From: Octopus sinensis
Taxonomy: Eukaryota
NCBI RefSeq assembly: GCF_006345805.1
Contig: NC_042998.1
Location: 114,700,001 to 114,764,000 of the forward strand
Direction: 5' to 3'
DNA: 64,000 nucleotides
Under the pieces are notes generated by a model. It worked only from the letters and a program-made list of their open reading frames with translations, was not told the origin of the DNA and did no database searches. Numbering within the stretch: the stretch's first letter is position 1; each line of letters starts with the position of its first letter. Positions 11,913 to 24,823 of the stretch are shown here, in pieces. Both the position numbers and the translations under genes were made by a program.

Positions 11913-12003
<91 letters not shown>

Positions 12004-12085
12004 TAATAATAATAATAATAATAATAACACCAACAATGATGATGATGATGTTCATGATAATAATAATGATAATAATATTAATAAA
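11895..12085. repeat. (GAT)n / (AAT)n microsatellite
   Basis: Seen directly. Confidence 0.95.
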
Positions 12086-12917
12086 TAAATGAAAAGTTAG
12101 CCAGGAAGAAGCTGTTTATAAAGACATTGAATGTATCGAGGAACAGAAAACGCACGGGGTAAAGGAGAATACACTGGGTTCTCTAACAACGATACAATAG
12201 TGTGAGAGATATGGATTTCAAAGGAGTCAAAAATATAGACAGCGGTGATGAAACAAGAAGACGACCGGGTAAGAGGAAGAGCATGTGACAGAACGTACAT
12301 GCATGATGACGGCAAACTCGCGTTCGAGTATTGCCATCGCCTGATCGAAAGTCCCACACATGCGAAGGCTACGACCAGTCTTTTTTGTGATAAGTCTCAC
12401 TTTTTTTCCAAACAATGCCTGTGAATGACGATTTTTTTTATAGTGGCGAAAGGATTTCCACAAATCCAATCCCACTCTCTGAACATGGACAACATAAGGT
12501 CGAAAAGAAGAACTAGTCTACATCATCGAATATTATCAATGTAGCAGGCTGTCTCTCAGAGTTTCCCTCTTCTAGAGAGATCTGACAACGACAAAGGTGC
12601 TTCCCAGTGGGACGACCGCGTGACTGGACAGCAACCCAGGTATCTCCACGTCCCCGCATACATGCATGCATAGACATGTACACATATTGTTGGATGGCCG
12701 TTGACAGCGCGCGAGCTCTTCCGCCCTTCAGCAGGTCTTAGTTTTCGTCCTGTAGAGTGTCTAGCAATCACCCTTCTCATCAAGCAAGATTGATAGGGTT
12801 GCCAGTTTAGTCACTGATGACCCGACCATGCAACAGGTTTTACTGAGCTACATGTTACCAGTAGTGCCCAAGAGCGACTTGGTATAGAGACAGAGAGACA
12901 CACGTACACTCAACGAC

Positions 12918-13020
12918 ACATACATACATACATACATACATACATACATACATACATACATACGTACATGCGTACATACATACATACATACATACATACA
13001 TACATGCATACATACATACG
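12918..13020. repeat. (ACAT)n microsatellite
   Basis: Seen directly. Confidence 0.95.
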
Positions 13021-13052
13021 GGATACAACAAATATTCTAACCAATACCACAG

Positions 13053-13475
13053 ATTTGCTTGTCAGTTGCTTGACATTAACCAGTTGAGCATGTCCCTTGG
13101 TGGCTGATTATGTGCGCATCTCTGATAAGGAGCAGAAGTAATGAGAGAGCATCATAGCCACGTGTTGGGAGAGATTCTTTAGGATTTGAATAATTCACCT
13201 CTGGAAACCTGAGTATTTTTTCCTTTACTTTTAAACAACTCTTATTCAGGGGCATTTTGAGTAGGATGTGCTACTCGACCGAAGAAAATTCTAACTAGAA
13301 ATGACATGCGCTGTTTATCTTGGTATGAGAACGCTATATGGCGCACATACGGTTGTGATGCATGTACCTGGTACACGCTTATCAGACGGGTAGTCATTAC
13401 AGGTAGATCAGTTTCGCATATTTGTACATCAGTATCCCTTTGAGGGCACAGCTGCTCTCTCACTCGATAATAATA
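13053..13475 (+). mobile_element. About 430 bp dispersed retroposon-like repeat with (TAA)n tail, copy 2
   Basis: tttgcttgtcagttg...ccagttgagcatgtcccttggtggctga...ataattcacctctggaaac...atcagacgggtagtca, shared with 11000-11428. Confidence 0.75.
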
Positions 13476-14342
13476 AAATAGCAAAACAAAATGAAAGAAA
13501 CAACATATATATGTGTGTGTGTGCGCGCGCGCGCATGTGTGCATGCGTGTGTATGAGTGTAAATGCGTTTCATTAGTAGTAAGGTCTTGCGTTATTGTTC
13601 TCCTGAATACCATCTGATGTAATCTTACACACAACGGCTTCAGAAAAGCTGAATTTCCTTAACAAACAAGTGGTTCGTTTTCGGCAATTGCAGACGGGCA
13701 TAGATTGTATTTGATCCCCCTCTCGCAGAATTGAATCTTTATCATAAATATTACTTCCTATCTCTTGGAAGTCACCACTTTTCGGCTATACACAAATAAA
13801 CGAAATTTTTCAACGCACGAAATATTAAGATTAGCACCAGCTCCTCCTCCTGCAACAATATGCCTATAATGACAGAGTGGGCTTTATTTGTTCAGTGATA
13901 ACCTGCTGATTTTGTAAAGTCATGGTACAGAATTATACTCATTTTACGAGATGAATTCCAGGAATACGCTATACTAGAATGAACACTAAGTGTTGAAAAG
14001 GATACTGTAATCAGCATCTGCACTCTTTTATGTGAAGGAGAAGGTTAAATACATTTGTACTTACCTGCTTTATTTGCAAACTAAGGCCATGGGCATGATC
14101 ATTACACTATAATTAGGAACATTGTCCGACAGACATTAGAGTTGATCCAAATCTGAAAAGGAAAAATGTATATTCCTTAAAATCATATGGCTTCTTATGA
14201 AGACCTTAAACAGCATTTAGAGAAACAAAATACTTCACGACACAAATCCAATGCCAAGTATTTAATAATTTCTTGCACAACGCGTGTGGGTATGAATAAT
14301 TGTTTATACATTTATAAATATAATGAAGCCTTGCATAAGGCT

Positions 14343-14645
14343 GCGGCGGCGGCCATGCTGGGGGCACGGCCTTGAAAGGTTGAGTCGAATAAATCGACAC
14401 CACTATTTTTTTAAAACTGGTCCTTATCCCGTCGGTCACTTTTTCCTGTACTGCTAAGTTACAGGGACGTGAACAAATCCACAGCGGTTGTCAAGCACAC
14501 GACGGGTTTTTCTAATTTCTGTTTAGCAAATCCACCCAGAAGGTTTGGCTGGCCCGGGGCTATAGTAGGATCCAGTTACCTAAGGTATCACGCAGTAAGA
14601 CTTACCCAGCAACCATGCTTGCTTGCCCACTTGACCAGGCGTGTA
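14343..14645 (-). mobile_element. SINE-C (long tRNA-derived SINE), degraded
   Basis: gcggccatgctggggcac..., ctgctaagttacagggacgtgaacaaa...ggttgtcaagc, ggcccggggctatagtag; matches 40008-40340. Confidence 0.6.
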
Positions 14646-15389
14646 TGGGAAACTGTCTTATATGAAGCAGAAATCACAGCAACGATTCAAGTTAAATGAA
14701 CATTTTCATCGGTTTATGCGAAGGCAATTTTAAAAGGCGTTAAGGAAACAACCAGTCTTCTTTCCGGCACATCGACATGTGCAAAGTCACTAAGTTGGCT
14801 TGACATGTATGGACCAACTGCATAATGCCTGCATTCAACTCGAGAAGCGTGGACAAATCTGTGCTATACGTAAATAGATCTAACAGACGCAACTGATGCG
14901 TAGCTGAAAGATCGCACATTCTCTCTAGATCGTTGAACTCCGCCACACTACTTACTTCCAGATCTGGCAATTTCAGCAAATACAAGCATACGGGCAAATG
15001 TCTTTTGTCGAACTGGAGGAGATGATCCTGTCCGGACTGATGAGCTGTCTCACAGACTTTGCATTCCTCTCCGTTGTTTTATTCCACACCAGCTAGTTTA
15101 ATTATGCTTTCTACGCCTTAAGTTGACGTGCCTCTAATTTCTTTCTTTTATTTCCCTTCTTTTCCCGTTAATGTTCACCCTTTGTCTTCTCATTCCACTT
15201 TTTGCATCAACCATTTTCTCGTTTCTTTTCTTTTTTTTTCTCGAGGTTTCTAATGTACCAGTGTTCTGTTTTACAAATAGAACCTATCATGTACGCAGAG
15301 CCTGAAAATTGCTTAGAGTCACATGGTAAATTGTTAAAATATGCCTAAACACGTGTCTTAATGGCAAGAAACTATTTGTAGCTCTCATT

Positions 15390-17535
15390 TTGTATACAGT
15401 GTACACACACATGTACACACACACGAACACACACACACACACACAACACACACACATACACACACAGAGGTTTACAAATGTTTGTAAACATATCAAAATA
15501 CAAATATAAAAACATTTTGACATATGTACACGCGTTCACACACTCACACACACGCACATGACACACGTGTATGTTTGTATGCATGTATGCATGTATGTAT
15601 TTATATATATACATAAATACATATATATGTGTACATACATATTCAAATGCATACACACACACACACACGCACACACACACACACACATATATATATGCAA
15701 TGCACACACTCGTATGCATACGCGCAAGTAAAAACTTAAACCCATGTATATTTCTTCATCTGTGCGACCACATGTCGACGTAACCGCAAAATGTAGACCA
15801 GTATCCACGCACCTTACAGCAACATAATTGACTAAATTCCGCTTCTCTTTACACACGCGTGTATATGTTTGTGCAAGCATAAGTATGTTTATGTGTGTAC
15901 GCGTGTGAGTCTGTGGGGAGATGTGAGGAGTTTTAAAATGCACAGAAAGATAAAGACGAGAACGAAAATCAACATTTGCGATAGGAAAGATAAAACGCTG
16001 AGAATTGGCTTGAATGGGGTTGATCTAACTGGAGATAACTGCCAAAATACCCTCTTTACTCAGCTTGTCTTGTAATCTGATTAGCATAATCAGTTCGGGA
16101 ATTGGAAAAAGAAAAGAGAAGCGTTGTAGCGTATGCATGTATATGTGACGGTGCATATGACTGCGTCATGTCTGTTAGTGTATGTGTGTTGAAAGGAAAC
16201 ACTTGCCAAATGTCTTACGTTTGATGAGGTTACTACAGGTAAGACGTAAAGTAATTTGCTGGCGGTTATTGATGTTTGTTGTTGTTGTTGCTGCTGCTGG
16301 TGTTGTTGTTGTTGTTGTACTGGTTATGGTGATAGAGGTGGTGTTAGTGGTAGGATTTCTGGTGTTAGTTGGGTGCAGGTGGTATTGGCATGAGTCTAGG
16401 TGATTGTTGGTTTGTTCGTTTGATGGTTTGTACGGTGGTAGTGGTGGTGGTGAGGATAACAACGGCAGTGACGGTGGAGGTGACAGTGGTGGCGACGGTG
16501 ATGATGGTGTTGACAAAAAAAGTAAAAAAAAAAAAATGAAGAGCAAAATTATAGGAAACTTGTTGAAGGAACTGTGATATTATATATACGTTGTTTATCG
16601 GGTTCCCGCATGAATAAATAATATCGCTGCCGTATCGTATCGGTGTATAGGTTTATCTCTACACTGTGAATGGCACTGCAAGCATCAACTGATATTGCGT
16701 CTCATGACATACAGACACACATACACATTCACACAGAATTGCATACACTAGAGACACAAAGACACAGAGACACGTATGGAGATAATGACGCCGTACACAT
16801 TGTACGTATTGACTCACAAACACGTTTCAACAGATATACACAAACGTAAACACACAGCTAAGTGCTTACACAAAAATGCATACATAAAGATACATATCAA
16901 TGCAACATACGTGATATGTGTGTGTGACTGTATACTATATATAAGATATATGCGTGTGTATATAATGTGTGTGTTTAATATACGTGTGCTGGCTTGTAGA
17001 TGCGTGTGTGTGTGTGTGTGTGGGTTAGTATGGCTTTGTGAAGGCATCGCAGATACACGCATTACAAAAACATAAAGTACAAGTATTACCAATAAATGAC
17101 TACAGAGAAACAAGCAAGAGTATGAACTCTGCCAATAATCACAGAAGTGGTCACACACACACAGTGTGATGCGTGTGTGATTGCATGTATGTGTGTGTGT
17201 GTGTGCGCGCGCGCGCGTGTATGTAAACACTGCCTTTTACAAAAAGGGGAAATGTACTACAAGTTGTTAGATATAGCTATCTGTTTAGTTTCAGTTTTTG
17301 TTGTTCCTCATTACATGCATACATGCACACACACACACACACACGTGTGTGTGTGTATCTATATATGCATGAGTGCTTGTATGTGTTTACTACCATATGT
17401 ATACACATTACTGTGCATAAAACCACGCAAAAGCAGGCAGACATCATCACTACCATGTTTTTCTCTCCTTTCATTATCTACTCACTAACACACACAGAAA
17501 CGCACACAAACACACACACACACACACACACACAG
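15390..17535. repeat. Cluster of (CA)n/(TG)n, (GTT/GGT)n and mixed microsatellites
   Basis: Seen directly; accounts for the ORF-track entries here. Confidence 0.85.
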
Positions 17536-18005
17536 TATTAAGCAGAAACTATCTATGGAACGAGCGGGAGAAAATTTCAGAGGAAGAATTCCAGCTTAGA
17601 ACGTGTTTCTGTCCGTTAGTTTCTGTCACCCTTAGAAAGCTGAACACACCTATGTCTGACTCCTAGGTGTCCTCCTGCTGTGATTTTTATCTTTTTTAAT
17701 GTCACCTTCAGTGGGGATTAAAAGCTCAGTAGCCTAGGCTTTACTTATTTCCCAGAACTGTAGTATACAGCGCTCGGCCACGAAGACCACCGAAAGAACT
17801 TGTAGGAGGAACTATCTCAAACTTGCCTTTCCTAACTTTAATGGCTTACCGTATTCCTATATCTATTTATGGATATAAGAATACATACACGCATGCATAC
17901 ACAAACGCACACACAAACATTCTGTATGTATATGTGTGTGTGTATTGTGTGTGCGTGTGTTGTGTGTGCGTGTGTTGTGTGTGCGTGTGTTGTGTGTGCG
18001 TGTGT

Positions 18006-18084
18006 TTGTGTGTCTGTCTGTATTGCAATAGTATTTATAATATATATATGTATATATATATGTATATCTATCTATCTATCTATC

Positions 18085-18134
<50 letters not shown>

Positions 18135-18197
18135 TATAAATAGTATTGCAATACAGACAGACACACAAGCATACGCTACTGACAGCTAGGGTTCGAA

Positions 18198-18291
<94 letters not shown>

Positions 18292-18320
18292 CTTCGAAAC
18301 CTAGCTGTGAGTAGCGTATG
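18006..18320. repeat. Two adjacent palindromes, each centred on a (TA)n tract
   Basis: 18006-18043 is the reverse complement of 18131-18168 (1 mismatch); 18170-18198 of 18292-18320 (2 mismatches). Confidence 0.9.
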
Positions 18321-18410
18321 TGTGTGCGTTGAGCACTCGGAGTGTAATTTTGCTACCATGATGTTATGCATACGTTATATTACTCTTCTTTTGAATATAC
18401 GAATCAATTA

Positions 18411-18812
18411 AGACGGCAAGCTGGCAGAATAGTTAGCACGCCGGGCGAAATGCCTAGTGGTATTTCGTCTGCAGCTACGTTCTGAGTTCAAATTCCGCCG
18501 AGGTCGACTTTGCCTTTCATCCGTTCGGGGTCGCTTAAATAAGTACCAGTTACACACTGGGGTCGATTTAATCGACTTAATCCGTTTGTTTGTCCTTGTT
18601 TGTCCCCTCTGTGTTTAGCCCCTTGTGGGTAGTAAAGAAATAGATATTTCGTCTGTCTTTATGTTCTGAGTTCAAATTCCGCCGAGGTCGACTTTGCTTT
18701 TCATCCTTTTGGTGTCGATAAATTAAGTATCATTTGTGTACTTGAGTCGATCTAATCGACTTCTCCCTCCACAAATATTTCAGGTCTTGTGCCTAGAGTA
18801 GAAAAGAAAAGA
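18411..18812 (+). mobile_element. SINE-A dimer (full copy + 5'-truncated copy)
   Basis: ggcaagctggcagaatagttagcacgccgggcgaaatg, then two repeats of gttctgagttcaaattccgccgaggtcgactttgc. Confidence 0.9.
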
Positions 18813-18919
18813 ATCTTAATGACATTTCGCCTTTACTTTGTGAGTGAAGATTCTGCCGAGATCGACTTTACCTTTAATCTATTCGTGGTTCATGAAATAA
18901 GCACTAATTAAGCACTGTG

Positions 18920-19257
18920 TGAAGGCGTGTGGCTTAGTGGTTAAGGTATTCGGCTCACGATCGTATCGTCGTGAGTTCAACCCCTGGCGGCGCATTGTGA
19001 CCTTGAGCAAGACACTTGAAATAAAGTGTCTTACTCAAGGTTGCTCCAGTCTACTCAGCTGACAAAAAGGAGCTGTATCTACATTTTAAAGAAACCAGCT
19101 TTGTCACATTCTGTGTCATGCTGAATCTCCCCGAGAACTATGTTACAGGTACACATGTCTGTGGAGTATTCAGCCACATGCATGCTAATTTCTGGAGCAG
19201 GCTGTCCCGTTGATCGGATCGACTGGAACCCGCGTCGTCGTAACCAACGGAGTGCCA
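18920..19257 (+). mobile_element. SINE-B, tail variant 2, with internal micro-inversion
   Basis: A box tggcttagtgg, B-box-like gagttcaaccc, core ccttgagcaagacactt, tail ...gtcgtcgtaaccaacggagtgcc. Confidence 0.9.
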
Positions 19258-21934
19258 AGCAGTAGTAATCAACTTGCTCCAAAATTTCAGGCTTTATGCC
19301 TATAACCGAAAGGATTACAAAAGATAAACAAGGTAGCAGATTAACTAATAAATATTTCATCAATCATTTGGTTCAACAGAATAGTTTTCTGCGCCCGTTG
19401 CTATCTTAATGCTGTGCTATCTGCTGCTAGTCTTCTTTCACAGACGGCCCACGTTGTAGTCTCCCGAAAAATTTGCGATTTATGACATCATATGCTTGTG
19501 CACGCGCAAACATAGACGCACATACACAAGTACTCACGCTCGCATACATACACACATGCACACAAGTACACACACACGAACACGCCGTCTGTCTCTCTGT
19601 CTGCCTCTTTCTCTTTCTCTCTCATGCACACACACGCACAGGCTCACACACCATTAAACCACCGTCATTTAAGATCTCAGACTGCGAACAAGAGATTTTG
19701 AAAAACTAAATGATATATTGATTAAACGGTTGATCAAATATCTGATTAGTTAATTAGTTAGTTAAAATAATCAAATGGAAATAAGATAAAAAGCACAAGT
19801 GCATGCGTTTTTTATTAACAAAATAACATTTTCCCAATATTTAAAATACGTTATATATGATTATATTTTTGCGTGCCTCTGTGTGTGAGTGGTTTTACTG
19901 TGTTAATATATTTTTACTAGTTCAACATATACTCTCGACTTGAAGACTCTCAGATGGCACATTCAATAAACCTGTGTCAAAGACGAAGAAACCAAAGCTA
20001 CCGATCTATGTAACCCAAGAAAAGGTCGATCGCGCCAAGTCGCTCTCTTTATTCGAAAGTAAATGGACAGATGTTAGTTCTGTAGCACTCATAAGTATAC
20101 TCATCCGCAGTTGTCCGGATAATTGCTCTGATTCGGATAATAAACACTGCTTTATTAATGTTGTTGTTGCTTCAGCTTCTGCTATTGTTGTAGCTGCTGG
20201 TACTGTTATTCGTCCCGTTTAACTACTGTCTACCAGAATTATAAGCGAATGTGTTGATGCAGTAACCATCCAGCCTTCCAGTTTCTAGACATAATGTGAT
20301 TAGTCCATGTTCTTTAAACGACATCGTGAGAGATGAACGAGATTAAGCCTCTAAAACAATCCATCGAAATACTATAAATATCATAGGGAAACGAAAACTG
20401 TTTTTGTCTATCATTCTCGCTGGCCTTTTAAGGGATGACCTCCCGTGTTTTTAACACTCCAAACCCATAAGATATGTACTTTCAGGACAGATACCACAGT
20501 AACTGGCCTATCGACAGTGCGTCTACATTAAGTGTTACACATAAATGCTTATTTTAATTTAATACTGCCGTAACTGTATATACCTGGTTTTTATTCAAAT
20601 GGTCGGCTATTCGTAGGACCAGTGAATGTTATATTCACTTTTTTTCCTATACTGGAAGTGACAAATTCTCATTTGAATATGCTGGAAGGCCTAGGAAGGA
20701 CAGGGAGGGCTTACAGAGGTCTACGAAGGCCTGAGAAGGTCAAAATGTATCTCACATTTTCAGTGAACGCTGATGGAACGTATTATTATGTCCATCTGAA
20801 ATTTGTTTCTTAGCACAGCATGACAGGTATAGAACAATGTAAAGAGAAAACAATCTCTCTGTTCATTTAAATTTGGAGCCTCACTAAAATTATCATAAGC
20901 TTTTATACTTTCTGCGTCGACAAAATAATCAACAGTCATTGAAAGAACCTTAGTGTAATAGAGTATGCCTCTTTAAATTTAGTGAACTTGTACCTGCGAC
21001 AGATACACTTCAGACTCCAGTTACATAACATCAGACGATTATTTCAGGAGTTTCGAGTAACAATATGACAGCGTTTCATTTATATTTACAGCTGTGTACC
21101 GTTGTTATATTGTTTAAATCCTATTCGAACAAATGTGCCATCAAAAGTATTTCATCCGAAATTATGCCGTTCTATTTTCAGTCATAGTATATCTAGAATG
21201 TCTTCATTCGCTGCCGCCAGAGTATGAATTGAGTGAGATATTCTGTTATATGGCGTATATCGTTTACAAAAATTCTCAGAGATTGCTATTATTGAACTTA
21301 AATTCAGCTCTGAATGAGCAAACCCCTATTCAAACAAGTTGCAACTGTGACACATCCCCGTTCATTTTCTTTCAGTGCATCTCTTTTGAAATTACCTAAT
21401 GTGTTTTCATTTTCATGGCTATATATAACTGTCATTAAAGATATTTAGCTGCTATTTCCTGCAATTCACTAGATCAAGCGAATCATCTCTCGTTGGCCGA
21501 TGTAATTCAATTGTTTTTATACCACTGTAATCAAAAACATCTAATTAATCCGAGAATGTTATTAGCTAGCTTCTAACTGAATAAATATATCAAACGGCAA
21601 AAATTAAAGTTGTGGAATTCAAGAACTGTTTATTTGTTATTTTCCACTACAAAGTGGCAAAACAATATTAAATAGATGATGTGAAATTGTTATCTATTCA
21701 AGATCTGCCAGCAATACCTGCTTGCACGTGATATAATTAAATTTATCTCATTACAACTATTTCAAAATATATTTATGAAGCTGCCCGCAGGGAAATAAAA
21801 AGGTACTTGCCTAGGCTACCCTTCGGTAAAGTAAACAAGTAAACTCACAGAAACAGAAGTAAATAATTAATTAATTATATAAATAAATACGGCTTGGTGA
21901 AAAGATTCAACGGACGAATATGAACGATATATAC

Positions 21935-21973
21935 AAATATATATATATGCATGTGTGTGTATGTATGTAAGTA

Positions 21974-22009
<36 letters not shown>

Positions 22010-22060
22010 TGTATGTATGTATGTATGTATGTATGTATGTATATATATAGTGTATATATA

Positions 22061-22092
<32 letters not shown>

Positions 22093-22228
22093 CTGTGTGT
22101 GTGCATATGTGCGTGTGCGTGTATATATTCACGTAGATGTACATGCATATCCATATATGTGGGTTTGTGTATAGGATGTATGCATTTATATATGCATACT
22201 CCTCTCTCTCTCTATCTCTCTCTCTCTC

Positions 22229-22275
<47 letters not shown>
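21935..22275. repeat. (GTAT)n, (TA)n, (CT)n microsatellites
   Basis: Seen directly. Confidence 0.95.
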
Positions 22276-22276
<1 letters not shown>

Positions 22277-22761
22277 GAGAGAGTGTTTGTTTTTATCTGC
22301 GCGCGCGTAGTTTATCTGTGCGCATGTGTAGGCTTTCGGCCGTAGGGTAGCGTCTCTTTCAAACACAATTACTCTGTGCAATTAGAAATGATCTGCCTCC
22401 CGGGTTTAAAAATACAAAAGCAAAACAGAAAGCTATGAGTTATATTCATAACACCATCACTTAGTAGTTGCAGTAGTAGTAGTAGTAGTAATAGTAGTAG
22501 TAGAATTACTAGTAGTACTATTAGCAGCGGCAGAAGCAGTAGTAGTAGTATGTAGCAATCACATCGCTACTACTAGAGACGCCAGTACTCAATCACTACT
22601 ACCACGATCCTTGATCTTCCCCTCCTCCTTCGCCTCTTCCTCCTCCCCTTCATCATCATCATCAACAACAACTCACAAATATGAGAGAGAACTGCATCGT
22701 CAATATGCGTATTGTCAACAGCGAAACGATTCTTTAATGTTATGTTGTATATAATGATAAT

Positions 22762-22981
22762 TCTTTTTCTATTATAGGCACAAGGCCTGAAATGTTTTGA
22801 GTGTGATGAGTTAAGTCGATTACATCGAACTCAGTACTCAACTGGTACTTAATTTATCAATCCCCAAAAAGGATAAAATGTCAGAGTCGATCTCGGCGGA
22901 ATTTGAACTCAGAACGTAGCGGCGGGCGAACTGCTGCTATGCATTTCGGCCGGTGTGCTAACGATTCTACCAGCTCGCCTT
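22762..22981 (-). mobile_element. SINE-A
   Basis: ggcacaaggcctgaaat...ctcggcggaatttgaactcagaacgtagcgg...ccagctcgcctt. Confidence 0.9.
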
Positions 22982-23014
22982 GTATATAAGATTAATAATA
23001 TTATCATTATATTT

Positions 23015-23171
23015 CAAGACGGCGAGCTGGCAGAATCATTAGCACGTTGGAAAAAAATGCTTAGCAGCATTTCATCCGTGTTTAGGTTCTGAATTCAAAT
23101 TCCACTGAGGTTGACTTTGCCTTTCATCTTTTGGGTGTCGATAAAGTAAGTACCAGTTGAATGGGGTCGAT
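23015..23171 (+). mobile_element. SINE-A, head-to-head with the preceding copy
   Basis: gacggcgagctggcagaatcattagcacg...gaggttgactttgcctttcatc...taagtaccagttg. Confidence 0.85.
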
Positions 23172-23266
23172 ACAGAATTGCTGGCAACTTGCCAAAATTT
23201 GGAATCAATATCATCATTGTCGTCGTTTTCGTCGTTATCATTGCCGTCAGCGGCAGCGATGATGCT

Positions 23267-23363
23267 TTCTTCTTCTTCTTCTTCTTCTTCTTCTTCTTCT
23301 TCTTCTTCTTCTTCTTCTTCTTCTTCTTCTTCTTCTTCTTCTTCTTCTTCTTCTTCTTCTTCT
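23267..23363. repeat. (TTC)n microsatellite
   Basis: Seen directly. Confidence 0.95.
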
Positions 23364-23571
23364 TTATTTTACTTGCCTCTTTATCTTCCTTCTGCTTCTC
23401 TCCGTCACTATCATCATCAATTATTTTTTTCTTAGTCATTTTTAATATTGGACGACCTTGAGCATACTCACAACACTACTCACGACCTACGAAAATTTAT
23501 CCCTTTGGAAGAAGAAGCAACACCCTATCTTAGACAGTCCTGATTCATTAGCACAACTCACGTATCATACG

Positions 23572-23730
23572 CACTAGCGTAGCTAGGTGGGTGCGTACGG
23601 GTGGTCCTTTTAAAGGGGCGGTACTTAGGGGTCTGCTGTTGACAATATGTTTTTTTTTTTCTTTTTGTGGCGCCGGGGTTAACAAACGGATGGGTCACCC
23701 CGGGCGGCACACATTTTAGCTACGCTAGTG
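23572..23730. mobile_element. 159 bp non-autonomous hAT-type MITE
   Basis: Perfect 14 bp TIRs cactagcgtagcta (23572-23585) and tagctacgctagtg (23717-23730); perfect 8 bp TSD atcatacg (23564-23571, 23731-23738). An 8 bp TSD is typical of hAT (also P) elements. Confidence 0.85.
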
Positions 23731-24044
23731 ATCATACGCTCTTCACAATTCGCATTGTACATCTTCTGTACTATCACGATTCAATAAAATGGTATAAACT
23801 TCACAACACATTCTACACAATCAGCATTCAGTAAAATAACGCAGCACATACACTTACATAGTGGATACTATAACACTCATTCAATATAGCAACTGCAACT
23901 AACTTTGCTCCTGCATACTTACTATCCGAAATATAACACAAGCATACTCCAAGTACGAAGGATAAACAGAAAAAAGCAGCTAACAATACTCACATTACAC
24001 ATAATCTACACACCAGACGAAGCAACCAAATATATATATAGGAG

Positions 24045-24365
24045 CACTCCGTCGGTTACGACGACGAGTGTCCCAGCTGATACGATCAACGGAACAGTTT
24101 GCTCGTTGAATTAACGTGCAAGTGACTGAGCAATCCACAGACACGAGTACCCTTAACGTAGTTCTCAGGGAGATTCAGCGTGACACAGAGTGTGACAAGG
24201 CTGGCCCTTTGAAATACAGGTACAACTCATTTTTGCCAGCTGAGTGGACTGGAGCAACGTGAAATAAAGTGTCTTGCTCAAGGACACAACGCATCGCCGG
24301 GAATCGAACTCACGACCTTACAATCGTCAGTCGAATGTCCTAACCACTAAGCCACGCGCCTTCAC
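24045..24365 (-). mobile_element. SINE-B, tail variant 2
   Basis: Reverse complement of 18920-19257; A box (ccactaagcca) and B box (ggaatcgaactc) retained. Confidence 0.92.
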
Positions 24366-24448
24366 AAGCAACCAAATAACACAATAATCAACAAAGCAAG
24401 GTTAAGCAGATGTATTGTACTTTTCTACGTCAATATAATAGATAAGGT

Positions 24449-24823
24449 AAGGCGGCAAGCTGGCAGGAACGTTAGCACGCTGGGTGAAATGCTTAGCGGT
24501 ATTTCGTTTGTCTTTACGTTCTCAGTTCAGATTCCGCCAAGCCGACTTTACCTTTCATCCTTCCGGGGTCGATAAATTAAGTACCAGTTGCGTACTGGGG
24601 TCGATCTAATCGACTGCCCCCCCCTCTCCAAAATTTCGGGTCTTGTGCCTAGAGTAAAAAAGAATATAATAGATAAGGTGAATTCAAATTCCGCCGAGGA
24701 CGACTTTGCTTTTCATCATTTCGGGGTCGATAAATTAAGTACCAGTTGCATACTGAGGTCTATCTAATCGACTGGCCCCCCTCCCCAAAAATTTCGAGCC
24801 GTATGCATGGAGTAGAAAAGAAT
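24449..24823 (+). mobile_element. SINE-A full copy (24449-24665) + 5'-truncated copy (24680-24823)
   Basis: Consensus-like sequence, separated and flanked by the 17-mer aatat(a/g)atagataaggt. Confidence 0.9.

Noticed and set aside
12540-12870. GC-richer segment reminiscent of an RTE-type LINE 5' UTR
   Set aside because: No adjacent ORF or second copy in the window; resemblance is from impression only.
14740-15060. 85 aa minus-strand ORF and a ctgatgag motif at about 15037
   Set aside because: No recognisable domain; the CUGAUGA is not followed by GAAA after the stem.
19950-20222. Possible exon/ORF (DGTFNKPVSKTKKPKLPIYVTQEK...)
   Set aside because: Weak splice signals, no recognisable domain, and the frame runs into (GTT/GCT) low complexity; needs RNA-seq or BLASTX to revisit.
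22762-24823. Repeated SINE-A segments that superficially look like a repeat-spacer array
   Set aside because: Units are 150-220 nt, irregularly spaced and in both orientations in a eukaryotic context; not CRISPR.
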